Below are positions 45,181 to 55,342 of a stretch of 64,000 bases of DNA, piece by piece. Below the pieces are notes generated by a model. That model was not told the origin of the DNA. It made no database searches and saw only the letters and a list, made by a program, of their open reading frames with translations. Both the position numbers and the translations under genes were made by a program. Positions within the stretch are counted from its first letter, which is position 1, and every line of letters starts with the position of its first letter. Source of the stretch: Candidatus Woesearchaeota archaeon (GTDB lineage: Archaea; Nanobdellota; Nanobdellia; Pacearchaeales; GW2011-AR1); assembly GCA_964647695.1 (NCBI GenBank), contig CAZYIS010000001.1:48275-112274 (forward strand), written 5' to 3'.

Positions 45181-46071
45181 CTAGGCTCCGCCAGAACTAA
45201 ACAATACGTTGGCTCCAGTAGATGTTAAAAGAGCAGTAACTGCCAGTATGAATGAGTGTTTTACTCCTGATTTAATAGTCCCTTCCGTAACTTTACCTAT
45301 GACCAATCCGGCAAATAATCCCTGGGCCACCAAAAGATAGAACAATGGACTCGATAGATCATCAATTTTAGTATTAGATCTAGCATTCGAGGTAGAATTA
45401 AAATTCCCATTACCTGCTGTAGCAAAATCCGTATTGCCCACTGATCCAAAAGCGTTTATATTAGCTGTAAGTGGAAGTATTTTGAATTCGATAACCAACA
45501 TAATTCCTATAAATATAAAAAATATAATATATCCCTGAGCCACAATACTGTAAATTGCTGCCTTTCTTTCTTTCTTTAATTTTTCAATTTCAGCTATAGC
45601 TTTGGCGCTGGATTCAAGAATATAATCTATTTCTCCTCCTGCTTTTTCAGCTTCACTTATCAATGTAACTGCTCTAGTTATTACTTCATTATCCACATCT
45701 CTTGCAAAATTCTGCAGAGCCATGCTCAATGGAATACCTACTGAAATTTGATTAGATAATTTAATAATATTTGGGCTCAGAACACCATAATTCTTACTTC
45801 TCATATTAACTATGCTTTTACTAATAGGTGTTCCTGCAGCAACGCTTTCTGCTAGATTTCTAGAAAATTCTAGGAACATGTCTGCTATTTCCTGATTATT
45901 TTTATTATTCAAATTGACATTTATAACAAAAGGTAAGGTTGCAACCGTAAGTGCAAGACCCATTAGAAATAAGAACATATTTGTTTGCCCAGGTCCAATA
46001 AAATATATTAAATCTAATATCATTATTACTGCTGCAATAGAGAAACCCATAATATTTATTTTTTTCATCAT
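45181..46071 (-). CDS. Type IV pilus / T2SS-F (TadC-like) platform protein
   Basis: FSRNLAESVAAGTP, GIPLSMAL, AGGEI and QGLFAGLVIG...G.IKSGVKH. Confidence 0.9.
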   Translation of the reverse strand: MMKKINIMGFSIAAVIMILDLIYFIGPGQTNMFLFLMGLALTVATLPFVINVNLNNKNNQEIADMFLEFSRNLAESVAAGTPISKSIVNMRSKNYGVLSPNIIKLSNQISVGIPLSMALQNFARDVDNEVITRAVTLISEAEKAGGEIDYILESSAKAIAEIEKLKKERKAAIYSIVAQGYIIFFIFIGIMLVIEFKILPLTANINAFGSVGNTDFATAGNGNFNSTSNARSNTKIDDLSSPLFYLLVAQGLFAGLVIGKVTEGTIKSGVKHSFILAVTALLTSTGANVLFSSGGA

Positions 46072-46073
46072 TT

Positions 46074-47372
46074 TTAATAGTTAGGTTGTTTTATATGTAA
46101 TACTGCTAGGAAAATGAGATTTAATAATGCTATTACGGAAATGGATATGGCACTCAACATAAATATGGATATATCTCCAGCAATTCCTAGAACAACGATC
46201 ATTACCAGAAGAATCATAAGAATCATTGGGGCAGCTATAACTATACTTATATAAATGTCCATAAAAGTTTCGGCCATTTTAGTATATTTTTCTCTTTCCA
46301 ATCTATAATTAACCATCAAAGTTTCAGATCTTTTCTCAAAGAATGTTTGCAAATTACTGCCCGAAGTTATGGTTGTGGATAAACCTCCAAACAATTCAGC
46401 CAATCTCTGGCTAGGTGTATTTTTTGCAACATTATTCAATGCCGTAACCAGATCGTAACCATAAACATTAATTTGATTTAAAACTTTTCTAATTTCTTTT
46501 CTCAAATAAGGATATTCCCTATTTAATCCTATAATTTTAAATATTTGAGTTGGTTCTATTCCCGATCCAGATATGGCACTCATGTGGATTACTGCAAATG
46601 GCAGTTCAATTTCTATTTTTCTTGCCAGAGAACCTCTTTCACTTACTGGATATCTATAGATGAAAAAGAAAACTATCATGGGCAAGATAATTGGAATAAG
46701 TAATAACTCTAAAAATCGATTAATTGAAAAAATATTATAAAAACTAAAGAAAGGTGCAATCAAATCAACTTTAATAAATGTAAAGAATACTACTGCAATT
46801 AGCCCTACAAAAATGAATAATAGGGTGGTAAACAAAAGCATGGCCACATAGGTTGAAAATAAAATGTCTATATTTGCTTTTTTGATATCTAGAGATAAAT
46901 CCTTGAAATATCCCTTCCTAATTAAATTTTGGGCAGGTTCTAAAAATAATCTATTGGACATTTTTAGATATCCTCTCGGTGCACGGATTTCATCAAAAAC
47001 TTCAGCGGTGCCGGATCCTTTTTTTCTAAGCTTTCGAATTAACAATTCATTTATACTTAATTCTCTTAGAAGTTTCTCTCTATCTTGTACATTAACCGTT
47101 ACCTGTAGATCCGTTCTGATTCCTTTAAATTCTATTTTTTCCAGAGAAGTATTTCTTTCTTTCTGAGCCAGTTTTTGAACCGAACTAACTTCATCTAATA
47201 TTTTAGGTATGGAATTATTAATTAATTTCATACTATTTTTTAAAGATTCTATGGATGTAAGCAATAATTTTCTTTCCGATGAATTAGCATAATCTAATCT
47301 TCTCAAACTATTAGAAATCTCTCTAAGTATTTCTATTTCAGTTTCTACATTCTGTTTAAGTTCATCGATCAT
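46074..47372 (-). CDS. Type IV pilus / T2SS-F (TadB/FlaJ-like) platform protein
   Basis: IEIELPFAVIHMSAISGSG, GYDLVTAL, TPS and TTITSGSNL. Confidence 0.9.
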   Translation of the reverse strand: MIDELKQNVETEIEILREISNSLRRLDYANSSERKLLLTSIESLKNSMKLINNSIPKILDEVSSVQKLAQKERNTSLEKIEFKGIRTDLQVTVNVQDREKLLRELSINELLIRKLRKKGSGTAEVFDEIRAPRGYLKMSNRLFLEPAQNLIRKGYFKDLSLDIKKANIDILFSTYVAMLLFTTLLFIFVGLIAVVFFTFIKVDLIAPFFSFYNIFSINRFLELLLIPIILPMIVFFFIYRYPVSERGSLARKIEIELPFAVIHMSAISGSGIEPTQIFKIIGLNREYPYLRKEIRKVLNQINVYGYDLVTALNNVAKNTPSQRLAELFGGLSTTITSGSNLQTFFEKRSETLMVNYRLEREKYTKMAETFMDIYISIVIAAPMILMILLVMIVVLGIAGDISIFMLSAISISVIALLNLIFLAVLHIKQPNY

Positions 47373-47530
47373 ATTAATTTATCTATTTGTGATTGAAAAT
47401 TAATGATTTCTTTTTTTGCAGAATTAACTTTTTCCAGATCCTTTCTTTTTTGTGCATCCTGTAGTTTAGAAATTGCATCTTTTATACCCGTTAGTAACTG
47501 GGCGATGAGTGTAACGTCCTCTTTTTCCAT
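47369..47530 (-). CDS. Small helical protein in the pilus operon (53 aa, not in track)
   Basis: MEKEDVTLIAQLLTGIKDAISKLQDAQKRKDLEKVNSAKKEIINFQSQIDKLI fills the gap, with an ATGA overlap onto the next gene. Confidence 0.7.
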   Translation of the reverse strand: MEKEDVTLIAQLLTGIKDAISKLQDAQKRKDLEKVNSAKKEIINFQSQIDKLI

Positions 47531-47533
47531 CGA

Positions 47534-49063
47534 TTAACCTTCCACAATATTATATTTATTAAGGATTTCTACTGGATTTTTATAGTAATCATTTATTATT
47601 TTCTGTATCTCTTCAAATCCAAAAACTTTCTGTTTATATAGCTCATATAGTAATCTAGAACGAGTTACAAATTCTTTTTGTAATTTTTCCAAAGGAATAC
47701 CATTTTTAGAAGATATCTTTTCAAAAACTTTACTTTGTTTTTTATGATAAAAGAAGTCCTTTGCCGGATCCCAGACCAGAGGAGTATTGATCAATGCAGT
47801 TCCATCCCTATTAACATTTATTATTTCCACGACTTCTTTTAATTTTCTTGTTTCTCTCTTATTAACCACTGCATGAGTGGCGATGGCAACACAGTCCAAT
47901 GAATTTACCAGCGTTGGTGAAAGATCAATAGGTGGTGTTTGTAATCTTCTAATAAGTGTATCCACCGAATCTGCGTGCATGGTACTTATGGCTGCGTGTC
48001 CCGAGGCCATACCCTGGAACAAAACCGATGCTTCGGCTCCTCTAACTTCTCCCACTATTAAATAGTCAGGATTTTGTCTAAATGAATTCTTAAGAATTGC
48101 GAATAAATCTACTTCTCCAACTTTTCCAACTCCTATGGACGTTCTAGCTACGGCTGGAAGCCAATTTTCTCTTGGTAGATTTATTTCTCTTGTATCTTCT
48201 ATGGATACTACTCTTGCTTCAGGAGGTATAAAGAAGGCCAATGCGTTAAGTAAAGTAGTTTTACCAGATGCCGTTCCTCCAGATATCAATATGCTTGATT
48301 TATATTGGATCAATATCCAGAAGTAGGCTAACATTTCTGGACTAACCGTATTAAGACTTATTAATTGAGTTGGAGTCCAAGGTATCTTAGTAAACTTTCT
48401 AATGGTATAGGTTGGTCCTCTAGAGGTTACATCCTTAGTATAGGTTGCATTAACTCTGCTTCCATCAGGTAATGTGCCGTCCAACAATGGTTGTGCATAG
48501 GAAACATATCTTCCGGTTCTTTGGGCTAATTTTTCTACAAAACTAGCCAATTTATCCACATCCTTGTAATTAAGATTTGTTCTTAGATTTCTATAAACTC
48601 TATGGACTACATAAACTGGAGTATCTACGCCATTACATTCTATATCTTCTATAAAATAATCTCTCAAAATTGGATCCACATCATTTAATCCTATAAAATC
48701 TCTAAATAAATAATAAAATATTTTTGTGTAGGTTTCCTTACTTATCTTTAGATTCAATTCAGAAATTAATAATCTTGCAGTCTTATCTATATATTCAGTA
48801 GTAGCATCAATGGTATTTTCCACAGCCACATTTATATTAATCAACTCAAGCATAGCATTTTCTAGTTTTTCAAGAGCTTCTTTTTCATAATCCTGCAGTA
48901 AAGGTTCTTCTATATCATAAACCAATTCATTTATATTTTCATCCCAATAGATATGTGCCGAAGCATAGGGTGGTATCAACATATACCTCACATTTATCTT
49001 TTTTTTATCATCCACTCTCGGCAAAGCCGGAATGGCAGGGTTAGTATTAATTACTATTGCCAT
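47534..49063 (-). CDS. Type IV pilus assembly ATPase (FlaI/VirB11 family)
   Basis: IEDIECNG, LPDGSRVN, TIRKF, GGTASGKTT, IEDTRE, RQNPD..IVGEVRG and SGH..TMHA. Confidence 0.95.
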   Translation of the reverse strand: MAIVINTNPAIPALPRVDDKKKINVRYMLIPPYASAHIYWDENINELVYDIEEPLLQDYEKEALEKLENAMLELININVAVENTIDATTEYIDKTARLLISELNLKISKETYTKIFYYLFRDFIGLNDVDPILRDYFIEDIECNGVDTPVYVVHRVYRNLRTNLNYKDVDKLASFVEKLAQRTGRYVSYAQPLLDGTLPDGSRVNATYTKDVTSRGPTYTIRKFTKIPWTPTQLISLNTVSPEMLAYFWILIQYKSSILISGGTASGKTTLLNALAFFIPPEARVVSIEDTREINLPRENWLPAVARTSIGVGKVGEVDLFAILKNSFRQNPDYLIVGEVRGAEASVLFQGMASGHAAISTMHADSVDTLIRRLQTPPIDLSPTLVNSLDCVAIATHAVVNKRETRKLKEVVEIINVNRDGTALINTPLVWDPAKDFFYHKKQSKVFEKISSKNGIPLEKLQKEFVTRSRLLYELYKQKVFGFEEIQKIINDYYKNPVEILNKYNIVEG

Positions 49064-49110
49064 AGGGTAAAAAGAATAAACTTACTTATAAAACTATCTT
49101 TTTATACTCG

Positions 49111-49620
49111 CTAACTAATTTTAAAATCCATATTTGTACCGTTATTATATATGCTTATCTTATAGGCGCTGGCTGCCGGAGCAAGAACCTTATTCTGATG
49201 GCTTCCCTCATAGGTTATATTAAAATTAGCATAGTTTAAACTAATTATCACGCTATTCTTCTTATCTCCCTTTAGAGAAACAATATTAACATTTCCATCA
49301 TTAAAACTAACATTATTTTCTGAATAAAGATTGCTAAGATCATCTATTTTTAAAAATATTTTATTATTTACTCCATCTATATCTAAAAATCCTCTTCTAA
49401 TGGTAAACTCAGGTATTCTCAAACTTCCACTGGATCTTGCAACTTCTCTAATTTGGGAATCAATTTCTTTCATGGAATTGATACTTTGCTGTATTACTAT
49501 ATTATCTTTAGATTGATTTATCTTAGGCATTGCAAAACCTAGAACTATTCCTATGATTGCCAAACCTACAATGGTATACAAAACTGTTTCAATCCAAACC
49601 TGTCCTAGTTTACTTCTCAT
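49111..49620 (-). CDS. Pilin-like protein
   Basis: KLG|QVWIETVLYTIVGL. Confidence 0.75.
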   Translation of the reverse strand: MRSKLGQVWIETVLYTIVGLAIIGIVLGFAMPKINQSKDNIVIQQSINSMKEIDSQIREVARSSGSLRIPEFTIRRGFLDIDGVNNKIFLKIDDLSNLYSENNVSFNDGNVNIVSLKGDKKNSVIISLNYANFNITYEGSHQNKVLAPAASAYKISIYNNGTNMDFKIS

Positions 49621-50172
49621 TTAAAGAGATACCCCATTACATTGATTTAAAGTTATTGAATCAGATGAAGTACAAATTCCCGAATCCAACAAAACCTGAA
49701 CCTGAGCAGAGGAATATTTTAGGCTGGCATTGTAAACATAGGTCATGGTTTCCATAGGTCCATTAAAGGTTATATTTGCATTTTTGTCCTCTATATTCCA
49801 CAAATCTACTCTTTTTATGCCCTTGCTAATATTAAAGCTAGTAACATTATTAGCATCATCCTTCAAAATAATCACAAATCCCTTTATTCTATTCAATTGA
49901 TCAGAATTCAAATTATCTGTTTTCAAACTTATTCCAGTTAAATAATAATTATTTTCATTTTGCCAGCAATTATAATTATTAACTGCAGAACCATTATCTA
50001 ATTTATCTTCAAATGAAACATAGGTATTATAGGCATTACATTTTGTTGCATCTCCCAGAGATTTTTCAACAAATGGTTTCATAAAAGCAATTAATGCAGC
50101 TGCTGCAACAACGGTGAGCAAAATTAATAAAATTGCTGCAATAACTTCAGATACGCCCTTTTTATTTTTCAT
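49621..50172 (-). CDS. Archaeal type IV pilin
   Basis: KKG|VSEVIAAILLILLTV. Confidence 0.85.
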   Translation of the reverse strand: MKNKKGVSEVIAAILLILLTVVAAAALIAFMKPFVEKSLGDATKCNAYNTYVSFEDKLDNGSAVNNYNCWQNENNYYLTGISLKTDNLNSDQLNRIKGFVIILKDDANNVTSFNISKGIKRVDLWNIEDKNANITFNGPMETMTYVYNASLKYSSAQVQVLLDSGICTSSDSITLNQCNGVSL

Positions 50173-50174
50173 TA

Positions 50175-50669
50175 TTAAGAAACCACTACCTCTACATAAT
50201 TATTACTACAGGCATATTCTTTCTTACTGCTTCCATCTTGTAATATTCCTAGAAGAACGGCAACAACTCTAACGCTATTTCCTTTAGCTATTCCATTTGC
50301 AGGTACGGTTAGTGAAGAATCATCTCCACTGGTTAATGGACCTCCAGAAAAGCTAGCATTACCTATGATTTTAACCGAGGCCAATCCTTTCCTAGCTACT
50401 TGTATTCCCTGAATAGGTATGTTTCCACTATTTTGTAATTCTATTTTTAAATCGCTTCCAGATAAAATTGCATTGGCACTAAACACCAATTGATCTGCGC
50501 CACAAAAGTTTTCAATTGCTTCAGGTCCAGCACCCAAATCTTTCTGTATTTTTTCTCCTATAAATGCTTTAACCCATAGGAATATTATCAATGCAATTAT
50601 AACTGCAATCAATATAAGTAAAGTAGTTGCAATAACTGGAGACAAACCTTTTTTATTTTTCAGAATCAT
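50175..50669 (-). CDS. Archaeal type IV pilin
   Basis: KKG|LSPVIATTLLILIAV. Confidence 0.87.
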   Translation of the reverse strand: MILKNKKGLSPVIATTLLILIAVIIALIIFLWVKAFIGEKIQKDLGAGPEAIENFCGADQLVFSANAILSGSDLKIELQNSGNIPIQGIQVARKGLASVKIIGNASFSGGPLTSGDDSSLTVPANGIAKGNSVRVVAVLLGILQDGSSKKEYACSNNYVEVVVS

Positions 50670-50670
50670 A

Positions 50671-52407
50671 TTATTTTTTCCTTTTTATTTTATTATTTCT
50701 TTTACTCATCAAATATAAATAAATTAGTGCAATAATAACCAAAACTATGATTAAATTAGTAGTTGAAAAGAAAGGCAATAGGGCTACTTCTCTACAAGGA
50801 ATTTGTATATATTGACTTTGATCACATAATTGGGCAGGGCTACATTGGCCCGCAACCGAAGTAACTGTAACTTTGGCAGTTCTATAACCATTAACGCAGG
50901 TATTGTTTATACTATCATAAGCCGTAACACAAGAACCTTGGAAAACATCCCTCTTGTAAACTTCTTCCTTTACTCCACAGGATTTAGTACTATTATCCCA
51001 ACTACATCTATTTATTATATTTCCGTCACAGGAAGCATTAATAGGTGCCCAGGCAATTACATTATTGGTGGCATTCAACATATGAGTTTCACATATACTT
51101 TGATTGGTATTATTGAATTGAGTGCAATCGGTAGTTACATATGGAACAAAATCAGTTTCATTTAATATTTGAGCAATATAACTTTTTCTTACTATTTCTC
51201 CCGGTTGAGAATGATTATAACTCAAATTGAAATAAACCCAGTCACCGATGTGAAAACTCGTATTCAATGCAGGAGTTGAATAGAAATTAAATTGAGTTAA
51301 GCCCAGAGCCACACCATCTGATTCTACCGAAAGATTAGCATGATCCCAAACCCATTGAGAATTATTTGAATTAATCAAACTAGGCAATAATGATTCACCA
51401 GTCAAATAATCAGTTTTACCATAAAGATTTATATCAAATTTCTTTCCAAATCCTCCGCCATCACTTACATTGACAATCAGACTTTTATCCGTTCCATTTA
51501 CAAATCTAGCTTCGGTAATATTTTTTACCGCTGGAATAATTATTACCGGTGCTGCAGCTTTACAACAAACCTGATAGGAATAATATCCCGGTGCTCCAAT
51601 ATGGGCATTTGTCATAAAAGACATGGACATTATATCGGTTGTATTTGCTGGGCAATTAAGGAAAGCCCAATTACATGACAAATCGCCATAGCAAACTTCA
51701 ATAGGATAACTCAAACCAACACCATCGAAAGAAACATGGGAGTTTGTTAATGAATTTAAAAATAAGACATGATTATTAGATTCAGGTCTATTATACTGAA
51801 TATTTGTCCTGTTACATTCCCAAGGATTTGCGCCCGTATATTGATGTCCAAATAAATCATTGTAACAAATACTTACATTATAATTTGGATCCTTATAGGT
51901 GGAATTATAAAATGCTGCATGAGAATTATTTTGAGCATAAAGCGTCAATATGGTTTGATTAGGAATTGCACAACCTGTTGTTAAAGTAGGAGATCCACTA
52001 TAAAGTGAGAATGTAAAAGTAGGACTTGGAAGCTCAGTTCTGGCACTACTATAATATCTAATTCTATCTACAAATTTGTAAGAGCTTCCTGGTTGAATAC
52101 CTGCCGTAGGAATATCTAAATTCCAATAGGGTTGACCACTTATATTTCCATCCTGATTATAAGCTCGAAAAGTTGGACCACTGATAGGCATATTAGTTAT
52201 AATTACATTAGAATTATTATTAGAATTTATCACAAAATCTCCATTATTAGTCAAAGTTAAATTTGCAACCATCAGTCCAGTTTGTGCATCCACTCTAGTT
52301 CCAGAAATAGAAAAATTTACGCTTATAGATAGAGCACTTACAAAACCCGTGCTAATAATAAAACTAAATATTAAAAATAATAGACCTAGTTTCGACCACT
52401 TTTTCAT
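50671..52407 (-). CDS. Secreted Cys-rich membrane-anchored protein
   Basis: Signal peptide, three N(S/A)H...Y...C repeats, Cys-rich C-terminus and LPFF followed by a TM anchor. Confidence 0.75.
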   Translation of the reverse strand: MKKWSKLGLLFLIFSFIISTGFVSALSISVNFSISGTRVDAQTGLMVANLTLTNNGDFVINSNNNSNVIITNMPISGPTFRAYNQDGNISGQPYWNLDIPTAGIQPGSSYKFVDRIRYYSSARTELPSPTFTFSLYSGSPTLTTGCAIPNQTILTLYAQNNSHAAFYNSTYKDPNYNVSICYNDLFGHQYTGANPWECNRTNIQYNRPESNNHVLFLNSLTNSHVSFDGVGLSYPIEVCYGDLSCNWAFLNCPANTTDIMSMSFMTNAHIGAPGYYSYQVCCKAAAPVIIIPAVKNITEARFVNGTDKSLIVNVSDGGGFGKKFDINLYGKTDYLTGESLLPSLINSNNSQWVWDHANLSVESDGVALGLTQFNFYSTPALNTSFHIGDWVYFNLSYNHSQPGEIVRKSYIAQILNETDFVPYVTTDCTQFNNTNQSICETHMLNATNNVIAWAPINASCDGNIINRCSWDNSTKSCGVKEEVYKRDVFQGSCVTAYDSINNTCVNGYRTAKVTVTSVAGQCSPAQLCDQSQYIQIPCREVALLPFFSTTNLIIVLVIIALIYLYLMSKRNNKIKRKK

Positions 52408-52448
52408 ATTTTAAAGAGAGAATTAATGTTTATAAACATTTATTTTAC

Positions 52449-53387
52449 CTACTTAGATTTACTAATATGTTCAAAAGCCGAATAGGCTGCAGTGCAACCC
52501 TCTGCAACACCCGTTATGGCTTGTTTGAACGGTTTATCTGCCACATCTCCTGCAGCATAAACTCCTTTCAAATTAGTTTCTGAAGTTTTATGATCTATTA
52601 TTATCTCCCCCTTACCATTAAGAGTAACTCCCAGTTCTTTTGCTAAATCCGAAAGAGCAATATGTCCTATGGCTACAAAAATACCATTCAATTGTAATTC
52701 CTTAGAACCATTAAATTCTCTGTCTAGAATTACGGATTTAACGCTTTTTTCTCCTCTAACTTCCATCACATTGGCGTTATTTATAATTTCAATTCTTGGA
52801 TTTTTAGCAATTCGGTCAATATTTATCGGTTCAGCTCTGATTTTATCTTTTCTATAGATTATGTAAACCTTTTTTGCATGTTCAGCCAATACCAATGCAT
52901 CCTTTGCTGCACTATCACTTCCACCAATTACTGCTGCTATCTTATTTTTATACAATGGGGAGTCACACAATGCACAATAAGCTACTCCCCTATTCTCAAA
53001 TTCTATGCTTCCTGGAACTTCAAGTTTTTTCCATTTGGTTCCGGTTGCAAATAATATGGTCTTTGCTTCGTAATCATTTTTATCAGTTTTAATTAAAAAC
53101 AAATCTTTCTTTTTTTCAATTTTCGATACTTTTTCTTCCCTCAAAGTTACCTGCTCATAGGCCAGGGCATGTTCTCTTATCTTATCAGCCAACTCCGGTC
53201 CCGAGAGTTTAATAAATCCCGGATAATTTTCCACGACATTGGTGGTAGTAATTACGCCTCCCAATGGCATTTCAGAACCATTATTTGTTCCCAAACAGAT
53301 AGTTTTCATTCCTAATCTTGCACCATACATTGCGGCAGCCATTCCTGCGACTCCTGCACCAACAATTAAAAAATCATATTTTTCCAT
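52449..53387 (-). CDS. trxB: Thioredoxin reductase
   Basis: GAGVAG, VENYPG, GVAYCALCD, GGSDSA, YAAGD and KQAITGVAEG. Confidence 0.94.
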   Translation of the reverse strand: MEKYDFLIVGAGVAGMAAAMYGARLGMKTICLGTNNGSEMPLGGVITTTNVVENYPGFIKLSGPELADKIREHALAYEQVTLREEKVSKIEKKKDLFLIKTDKNDYEAKTILFATGTKWKKLEVPGSIEFENRGVAYCALCDSPLYKNKIAAVIGGSDSAAKDALVLAEHAKKVYIIYRKDKIRAEPINIDRIAKNPRIEIINNANVMEVRGEKSVKSVILDREFNGSKELQLNGIFVAIGHIALSDLAKELGVTLNGKGEIIIDHKTSETNLKGVYAAGDVADKPFKQAITGVAEGCTAAYSAFEHISKSK

Positions 53388-53462
53388 AAAAAAGCTTATT
53401 CCGCTGATTATATAAATTATTCCATAGAAAAATATATTAATTATTGTTACTAATAAATATGG

Positions 53463-54212
53463 ATGAATAAAAGATATTCTTTAATTCTGTCCATTCTAAT
53501 AACTTTTTTTATATTTATAAACATTTTTTTGATTGAACAACAATATAATTCAAATGCTAGAGAAAAAGTAATAATTTCAAGAGTAATCGATGGCGATACT
53601 CTGGAATTAGACGATGGTCGCATAATTCGTCTTCTAAACATCAATTCTCCTGAAAAAGGAGTTATTGGTGCTGAAAAGTCTGCTGAGTTTCTATCTTCTT
53701 TTCAATCAAATCAAGTGGAGATTGAAATAACTGGAAAAGATAAATATTTTAGAAATCTAGCGAAACTCTATACTCCCAATTACATAAATTTAGAACTAGT
53801 TCAAAAAGGTTTAGCCTCTAAATTTCTAGTTCAAAAAGATGAATTGAAACAATTTGCCGATGCCGAAAAGAATGCAATTCAGAATTCTTCGGGAATTTGG
53901 GAAAAATCCTATTCCTTCAACTGTTTTAATTCCAGCATAGATTATAAAAATGAAATTATCACTCTAGAGAATCATTGCCCGTCGATCTCTACTGAAAATT
54001 GGACTCTGAAAGATGAAAGCCGAACCACCTATTATTTCAAGAGAAATATTAGCTCAAACCTATTCCGAATTCATTCGGGCTTCGGAATAGATAATTCCAC
54101 AGATATATTTTGGAATTCAAAACAACCCATCTGGAACAACGACCGCGATTCACTATATTTATTTGATGAAAATAAAAAATTAGTACATTATGAAACCTAC
54201 GGTTATTATTAG
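53463..54212 (+). CDS. Membrane-anchored thermonuclease (SNase) with C-terminal lamin-tail domain
   Basis: RVIDGDT, IRLLNINSPE, DKYFRNLA, INLELVQKGLA, then WTLKDES...IWNNDRDSLYLFDE. Confidence 0.9.
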   Translation: MNKRYSLILSILITFFIFINIFLIEQQYNSNAREKVIISRVIDGDTLELDDGRIIRLLNINSPEKGVIGAEKSAEFLSSFQSNQVEIEITGKDKYFRNLAKLYTPNYINLELVQKGLASKFLVQKDELKQFADAEKNAIQNSSGIWEKSYSFNCFNSSIDYKNEIITLENHCPSISTENWTLKDESRTTYYFKRNISSNLFRIHSGFGIDNSTDIFWNSKQPIWNNDRDSLYLFDENKKLVHYETYGYY

Positions 54213-54741
54213 TCTAAGCATTTTTCTAATATTTTCCATTAACCTAGTCTGTGCTTCAAATTTTGACTTTCACTATAGCAATATATCAAAAATAAATGAT
54301 GAAATAATTGTAACTCTAATAAATTACAATATTTCTGATGTTCAAGACATTAAACTGTATATTCATAATTCCAGCGATGATAAAATAGTTCGTTCCGAGA
54401 TATTATCCAACACTCTCAATTCAGGTATTTGGAAAGATTCTTGGAATTATATTTCGTCTTCATTTCCCGATAATCTCAGTTATAAAATTAAGTTAACTTC
54501 CTATTCAAATAATTCTTCCATCTGTGTAAAACTAAGAAAAGTAAATTCATCTAAAACCGAAGAGCTATGTAAAACATTCATTCAAAACCTAGAACCCATC
54601 AATTCCTATAAAAATCTAAAACCTTCCAAATCTTCTTTTTCCACAGATTTGGAAAATCTAAGACTAGGCATTACACTCTCTTCATTCATACTGATACTCC
54701 TTATTTTCCTAATTTTAACTTTAGATATTAGGGATTTGTAA
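54190..54741 (+). CDS. Secreted or membrane protein
   Basis: N-terminal signal and C-terminal TM. Confidence 0.65.
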   Translation: MKPTVIISLSIFLIFSINLVCASNFDFHYSNISKINDEIIVTLINYNISDVQDIKLYIHNSSDDKIVRSEILSNTLNSGIWKDSWNYISSSFPDNLSYKIKLTSYSNNSSICVKLRKVNSSKTEELCKTFIQNLEPINSYKNLKPSKSSFSTDLENLRLGITLSSFILILLIFLILTLDIRDL

Positions 54742-54787
54742 TCTTCAGAAACTTAATATTTAAAAATAGGGTTTTTCTACTCTTTCC

Positions 54788-55342
54788 ATGGAAGGAACTA
54801 AACTTACAGGTATTATGATTCTAGAAATCCTAGGTAGACCTAAAGAGACCATTGAAGGAGCATTAAGAGCAGTGGTAGACAAGCTCTCTAAAGAAAAGGG
54901 CGTAAAACTGATAAAAACTGATTTCCATGAGACTAAATCCGTAGAAAATGCAAAAGATTTATTCACTACTTTCGTAGAAATTGAACTTGAATTTGATTCT
55001 CTAGAAACCTACTTCTATACTTTATTTGCCTATATGCCTTCCCATGTAGAAATCATTAGTCCTAACAATGTTAATTTTACCATTCAACATCTAAATGAAT
55101 TCGGAAATAAATTAATACAAAAGTTACATGATTATGATTCCATTGTTCAAAAAACATTAAACGAAAGGGATTTCCTAACTAAAAAATTATTTGAAGTTGC
55201 ACCTCACCTATTCAAACCAGCAAATGCTCCCGTAACACCTCCAGTTCAAAATAATTCTTCCAGTCAACCAACCAATGAATCTACTAAACCATCAAAATCC
55301 GTAAAGAAGAAATCTAAAAAATCAAGTAAAAAGAAAAATTAA
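54788..55342 (+). CDS. Conserved archaeal hypothetical protein
   Basis: EILGRPKE...FVEIEL...YMPSHVEI pattern with a Lys-rich tail. Confidence 0.75.
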   Translation: MEGTKLTGIMILEILGRPKETIEGALRAVVDKLSKEKGVKLIKTDFHETKSVENAKDLFTTFVEIELEFDSLETYFYTLFAYMPSHVEIISPNNVNFTIQHLNEFGNKLIQKLHDYDSIVQKTLNERDFLTKKLFEVAPHLFKPANAPVTPPVQNNSSSQPTNESTKPSKSVKKKSKKSSKKKN

